Shown here piece after piece: positions 60,326-64,000 of a stretch of 64,000 bases of DNA. Origin of the DNA: Hypanus sabinus (taxonomy: Eukaryota); NCBI RefSeq assembly GCF_030144855.1, contig NC_082722.1, positions 27,156,001 to 27,220,000 of the forward strand, in the 5' to 3' direction. How positions within the stretch are numbered: the stretch's first letter is position 1; each line of letters starts with the position of its first letter. The position numbers and the translations under genes were made by a program. The notes under the pieces were generated by a model. It ran no database searches and was not told the DNA's origin. It saw nothing but the letters and a program-made list of their open reading frames with translations.

Positions 60326-61099
60326 CGATATTACTTGATATGTGCTTTCAATGAGAACAACGTAATGACAGATCCACCTTCATGACGAGAGAAATATACT
60401 CGACTTGCTGAGTAACAAGGCTGTTCTAGTGGCACAAGACATGATTCGCAAGTTCATTCAACATCTTCAGGAAAGCCTGAAATGAAAACTGGATGGATAT
60501 TCTCGTTAGTATGCACAACTGAAAAATAGAAGGAAACACGACACATAGCATAACGATCTAAGCGCAGCTATCGTAAATTAATGAGCAATTTAGTGTAATT
60601 AACTGTAATTCTCGTTTTTTTGAAACAGTGTTATTTTATTATTTTAACGTGTTATTTAAATATATAAACATAAAGCTTTAAAATAAATTATACTGTCTTT
60701 GCATGGAATTACTAATGAACTTCATTGTTCCTCGGAATATTTGCAAGCATCTTCGAAAATGTGAAATAATTATTGAAATGAAAGGAAATTACTCGATCAA
60801 TTCAGTGGGCTGAGCAATGTTGGCGAAGGCATGAGGGTGTTTAATGTGTTGAACTGGAGATTCGCGATATAGTTTGTAGAGGGAAGGTGCGCAATAGATA
60901 AGTGTGAAAAGGATGTGTGCGACCGGTGATAGAGGGAACCAAGCTCGTGTGTGTCACAACCGCAGATTAGGCAGCACAGTAGATACGACAATTGCTTTTG
61001 TGAATATGCAAGTTTACGCAAATTATTATCTAATCGTGATAATATTTAACCCCATACTTGTCGTCGTAGTGCTTCTTGAGAAATGAATAGCTTCGCTGC

Positions 61100-62350
61100 C
61101 TGTTTGCATTCGGTCTTCCTGTAGAAACTGGACACTTCGAGTCAACTGATTCTGAAGACTAGCGGTTTTTGTTTATATTTAGATATCTTATCAGCGGTAG
61201 TGTAGGCTCCGATTTCCGTTTGAGAGTTTTAGTTAACAGCCCTGTTTGACCTAGATTTTATTGCTTTATTTTCCCTTTAACACTGTTCATATTAAAATTT
61301 TCTGAACTATCGAACCGGTCCCGTGTCTCTCAGTCCGCACTTGAAAAATGTCCGATCCTTGTGACAGTGGGATGGAGTGGTGGTGTGCTTGGAATCGTAG
61401 CGAGAAAGGTTTAATCCAATTTGCTCATTGCAGATTCGGGCAAAGACATACAAGACACAAATAAAAACGTGGCGGCGCGACGCAGCGCGCAGCGGCCATT
61501 CCAGGAATGAATATCTGTTATCTGTAAGCAGGGGCCGTGTACAATCCTGATTTGATGGAGACGGACATGCGAAGCACGGAGGAACGTCAGGTGAAAGTTT
61601 TGAAATACCTGTTTCGCTGCCGCTGCTACTATGCGCTCTGAAAAATCTCCGGGAGGAAGGGCCCGAATCTTCGGCTTTGCCTATTGCTTGGCGGCTGGTG
61701 CCGGGGTCGAAGGGCTTGGCGGATATGGTGCTCGGTGCTGGGTGTCGGAGGGCTGGTCGCAGGCTCGAAGTTTTCGGACGGACTCGGAGTTGGCTGTGGT
61801 CGGAGCTCCCAAAGTGCTGTATCGGCAAGCTGTGGCGCTGGAGGTTCATGGCAGGAAGAGTTTTTATTCCTTCTACCGTCTGCTTGAGATGATGGGCTGT
61901 CAGGACTTTGAGACTTTCTTTTAAACAGTGCCATTGACAGCTCTTTATCCGATTACGGTGGTGCTTTGCAGTGTTAAAACTATGTGTTTTAATTATGTGG
62001 TCTTTGTCAGTTGGTCTTTTATTAATTATGGTATTGTCTGCACTGTTGAATCTATATGTTAACTATAACTATATGTAACTCGGTGGTTTTGTGTAGGTCA
62101 TGGAGCTTTAGGTTTGTCTGATGGATTTGTAGTTCCCTTCCGGGGAACGTGCTAAGACAGTAGCGCGATATCGATACGCAGCAGCCTCTCCGGACTCTGG
62201 ATTGCGGTTTATAAAACGCTATGTGTTTTTTTTTGTGTGGTATGTTTAGTGCTTTTTCGTGATATAATTCAGGAGAAGTTGTCTCATTTTTTAACTGCAT
62301 TGTATTTGTTGTTTATAAATGGCAACAAACTGATTCTGAATCTGAATCAT
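61100..62350. repeat. Unclassified GC-rich interspersed repeat (likely retroelement 5'/non-coding region)
   Basis: CpG-rich block in an AT-rich background, overlapping spurious ORFs on both strands, no recognisable domain. The repeat status is inferred. Confidence 0.4.
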
Positions 62351-64000
62351 AATTTGAATAACGGTCGAGTCAAATATGTCTTATTAAGATGGATTAAAGG
62401 ATATATATTGGACAATTAATGGGAGAAATCGCAATCATGAAAGAAAACGAAACCGTGGGATTAATGCTGATCAGTCGGCAGTGCAAATCGACCTGTATTT
62501 AAGATGTTTAATGAAAAGCATTTTGCGTCAAATGCATCTTCAGTGACTTTCCAAAGCATTTTTAATGGAGATTTCGTCCTCTAATTCTGAATTGAACCAA
62601 TGGGAGTAGCCAAGGTTCAAAATAACACATAGCGTATAAGATAGAGTTTAAGGTTTATTGTAATGTTTGCTCGTAGAAGAGTGTTTCGAAATATGTCGTT
62701 AGCAGCGCAAAGCGTTAGAATTTGGGGAGGGGAGGTGTGGAGGTATCGTCATAATAGCGTAGCTATCAGAGATGGCACCATCTCTCAGGCCTTGCAGTGA
62801 CCGAATGCACTTGCTTGAGATGATGCCGAGAATTTCCAAGTTTGCAAGTATCTAAACTCATTGAACCCATTAAGTTTATATTATTCTATTTTTTTCCCTT
62901 TTTTCATTACACTGTTCTGACTGTTTTTAACAATTACGTGTAGTGCACATGTATTTTCCATCAGTGTAAGTGAGCACTTCTTTTTTGCACAGGGCATTTT
63001 TCAGTGCGAGTAAATTAGGATACAGGTTTAAAACGATGTTGAGCTACGCTAAAACTAAATACGTCCGGGAAAGCGCTTTAGAACACATCACCAGCACATT
63101 GCGAGCTTGAGAAATTAGTCTACTCTTGTGATATTGCCCTTCAGAGAAATGACAAACGGCTATTTGTGTTTTTAATGAGTAGATAAACTGAATAAGAAAG
63201 ATAAGAGTACAAGATATAAATGTGCATATTTACAAGAAATTAAATATCAAAACAATACTTAAAGGTGGAGAAATCGAAGAGATTTGAAATCTGAAGTGAC
63301 CTAGGAGAAGGAAATGAATGTGTGATTCTCAAAGGGAAATCTATCTCAGCCAGCATATCCAGCAGAATTGCTCTGAGCGGCCCTTTCTTGTTTCCAAGAG
63401 TGTATGTTTCTATTATTTTTTCGAATTTCTCTGGAATACCGAAACTCTTTGAGGAATAGTTTCGTGCTTCCCTTATCAGACAGAAGATTTATTTCTCTGC
63501 CGGTGTTCTCTGTACCTGCTTCCCAGCTTCCTTAATCCCGCACCTTTTCCGCCACCAACGCTGACCTGATGAGCAACAATAATGTATTATTATAACAGGA
63601 TGCTCACCTTGTTGTGTGACACATACGTCTACCTGAACCGGAATTAATACATCAGTTTACTGTCCAACAAATGCTGGGCATTTTTCAGATTTATTTTGCT
63701 CTATTCAGCAATTGGGCAGTTGTTAATCGCTAAGGAGCTCTGTACAAAACACCATATTCTTCGAGAGTACGCATCTAGACACGTGATTCCTATTTAAATC
63801 TACTTACCAACGTCCACGTTTTTCAGTCAAAGGTTATGTTTAGTCTAAACCTGACCTCCTTTGATGTGACCATGTGCATAACTCCTCCCCTTCAGGCTGG
63901 GACAGGTACAAATGTTACAATGCATTTCTCTTTGCCTTTTGGTGCCCTGGGATTTCTATTGCTACCATGTGATAGAGCAGTTGTATTTTACAGCTATTCT

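Noticed and set aside
63488-63565. Minus-strand QRWWRKRCGIKEAGKQVQRTPAEK* after a cag acceptor
   Set aside because: Would need a 42-nt intron from the upstream donor, which is too short; no other support.
1-64000. tRNA, rRNA or other structured RNA genes
   Set aside because: None recognised. The only tRNA-related sequence is the 18-nt ERV PBS.

Overview
Repeat-rich vertebrate genomic DNA. The repeat set (CR1, Penelope-like, Rex1/Babar, RTE, L1, Tc1) suggests a cartilaginous fish, probably a ray; this is an inference. There are no prokaryotic features, RNA genes or CRISPR arrays. The only well-supported host gene is a minus-strand immunoglobulin-superfamily receptor at 12617-24949, built by hand from splice sites and phases: signal peptide, a germline-joined VJ-type V domain, a C1-set domain, a transmembrane exon, two micro-exons and a terminal exon with an ITIM (LTYAAL) and an ITSM (TLYTNV). 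Six of seven exons are open. The V exon carries two compensating 1-nt frameshifts with a stop between them, so it is a pseudogene, a null allele or an assembly error; a V-skipped isoform would be in frame. The window contains an old tandem segmental duplication (about 1-12.5 kb vs 29.1-40.4 kb). After duplication the left copy lost about 2.9 kb and gained a 6.1-kb class I (epsilon-like) endogenous retrovirus. That provirus has both LTRs, a 4-bp TSD, a tRNA-Arg PBS and gag-TAG-pro readthrough, and a deletion that fuses RT directly to env TM. Weaker minus-strand exon candidates hint at further decayed members of the receptor cluster. 41.6-62 kb is almost all nested transposons: Tc1, a miniature chromovirus-type Gypsy element, CR1, L1, RTE and a solo LTR. 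Repeat boundaries are approximate and identities were judged by eye.
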